Assembly: GCA_963514005.1 (NCBI GenBank)
Contig: CAUPSL010000915.1
Location: forward strand, 1 to 64,000
DNA length: 64,000 bases
Direction of reading: 5' to 3'
Source of the DNA: Raja brachyura
Lineage: Eukaryota
In this document: in pieces, positions 62,930-64,000 of the stretch
Layout of the letters: every line of letters starts with the position of its first letter
Numbering within the stretch: position 1 is the first letter of the stretch
Notes under the pieces: model-generated
Database searches by the model: none
Seen by the model: the letters and a program-made list of their open reading frames with translations, nothing else
What the model was told of the DNA's origin: nothing
Program-made: the position numbers and the translations under genes

Positions 62930-63208
62930 TTTACAGCCTCATGAATTCCACGCCGATCATTCATCAATAGCTCAGTCTAGCTCTATGTTATTCCACTTTC
63001 TCATTCACATCCGACACACGGGGGTATACTATAGAGAACGATAATTAACGTATAAACACCGCACGTCTTTGGGATGTGGGAGGAAACCGGAACGCCCAGA
63101 GGAAAACCCACGCCGGTCACGAGAACGTTCAAGCTCCATACAGACAGCACGCGAGGTGAAATCGATCCCGGGTCTTTGGCAGCGGTGAAGCAGCCACTGT
63201 GCCACTCC
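62930..63208 (-). mobile_element. V-SINE (HE1-like)
   Basis: gcacgtctttgggatgtgggaggaaaccgg..ctccatacagacagca..ccactgtgccac. Confidence 0.7.
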
Positions 63209-63414
63209 GTAAGGAGGTAGGTATGGGGAATGAAGACGAGATGATGGCTGGATGGAGAGGGAAGACAGGAGAATGTGGGGTTGCAAAAGAAAATAGAGTG
63301 TTAGGAGCAGAGGATACGGAGAAGCAGATTTGCGGACAAACGAATTTGTTTCTCCAATTGGTTTTCTAATTTGTGGGCAAATTAATGGAAAGAATACTTA
63401 GATATAATATATAT

Positions 63415-64000
63415 AAGCATCTGGATAAACAGGGTCTGATCAAGAACAGTCAACATTGATTTGTGCCTGGAAGGTCATGTTTGACAAATCTTCTTGACTT
63501 TTTTGAAGAGGTTACTAGGGAAATTGATGAGGGTAAAGCAGTGGATGTTGTCTATATGGATTTCAGCAAGGCCTTTGACAAGGTTCCCCATGGAAGGTTG
63601 GTTAAGAAGGTTCAATCTTTGGGTGTTAATGGCGGAATAGCGAGATCGATTTAACAGTGGCTGAATGGGAGATTGCAGAGAGTAATGGCGGATTGCCGTT
63701 TGTCAGGTTGGAAGCCGGTGACCAGTGGGGTGCCTCAGGGATCTGTGTTGGGTCCACTGTTGTTTGTACATCAATGATCCAGATGATGGGGTGGATAATT
63801 GGATAAGTAAGTATGCAGATGATACTAAGATAGGTGGTGCTGTGGATAATGAAGTAGATTTTCAAAGTCTACAGAGAGATTTGGGTCATTTGAAGAGTGG
63901 GCTGAAAGAAGGCAGATGGAGTTTAATGCTGATAAGTGTGAGGTGCTGCATCTTGGCAGGACAAATCAAAATAGGACGTACATGGTAAATGGTAGGGAAT
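63415..64000 (+). mobile_element. CR1 RT fragment running off the window
   Basis: GRSCLTNLLDFFE, YMDFSKAFDKVPH, SKYADDTK. Confidence 0.92.

Overview
Eukaryotic, repeat-rich window from a cartilaginous fish; a skate or ray is most likely from the repeat content (inference). It is part of a T-cell receptor beta locus. A canonical D-beta segment (GGGACAGGGGGA, flanked by 12- and 23-bp RSS) lies on the minus strand at 7262-7273. Three V-beta segments with 23-bp RSS lie on the plus strand: an apparently intact one (leader 10032-10077, V exon 11586-11894) and two pseudogenes (~26.2 kb and ~60.7 kb). The V segments sit 5' of D but in opposite orientation, so V-to-DJ joining with this D would be inversional. 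A strong CTCF-like motif lies between D and the first V. No J or C segment is visible. The rest is nested mobile DNA: many CR1 fragments, Rex1/Babar and Vingi LINEs, a near-intact L1, a DIRS element with complete ITR/ICR termini, a Gypsy LTR-PBS-gag remnant, Penelope remnants with hammerhead-like cores, V-SINEs, MITEs and two non-autonomous Helitrons. One Helitron (~10.8 kb) carries a ~7 kb satellite whose unit contains the RSS heptamer CACAGTG. There are four N gaps. Repeat-fragment boundaries are approximate; RSS and exon coordinates were counted base by base.
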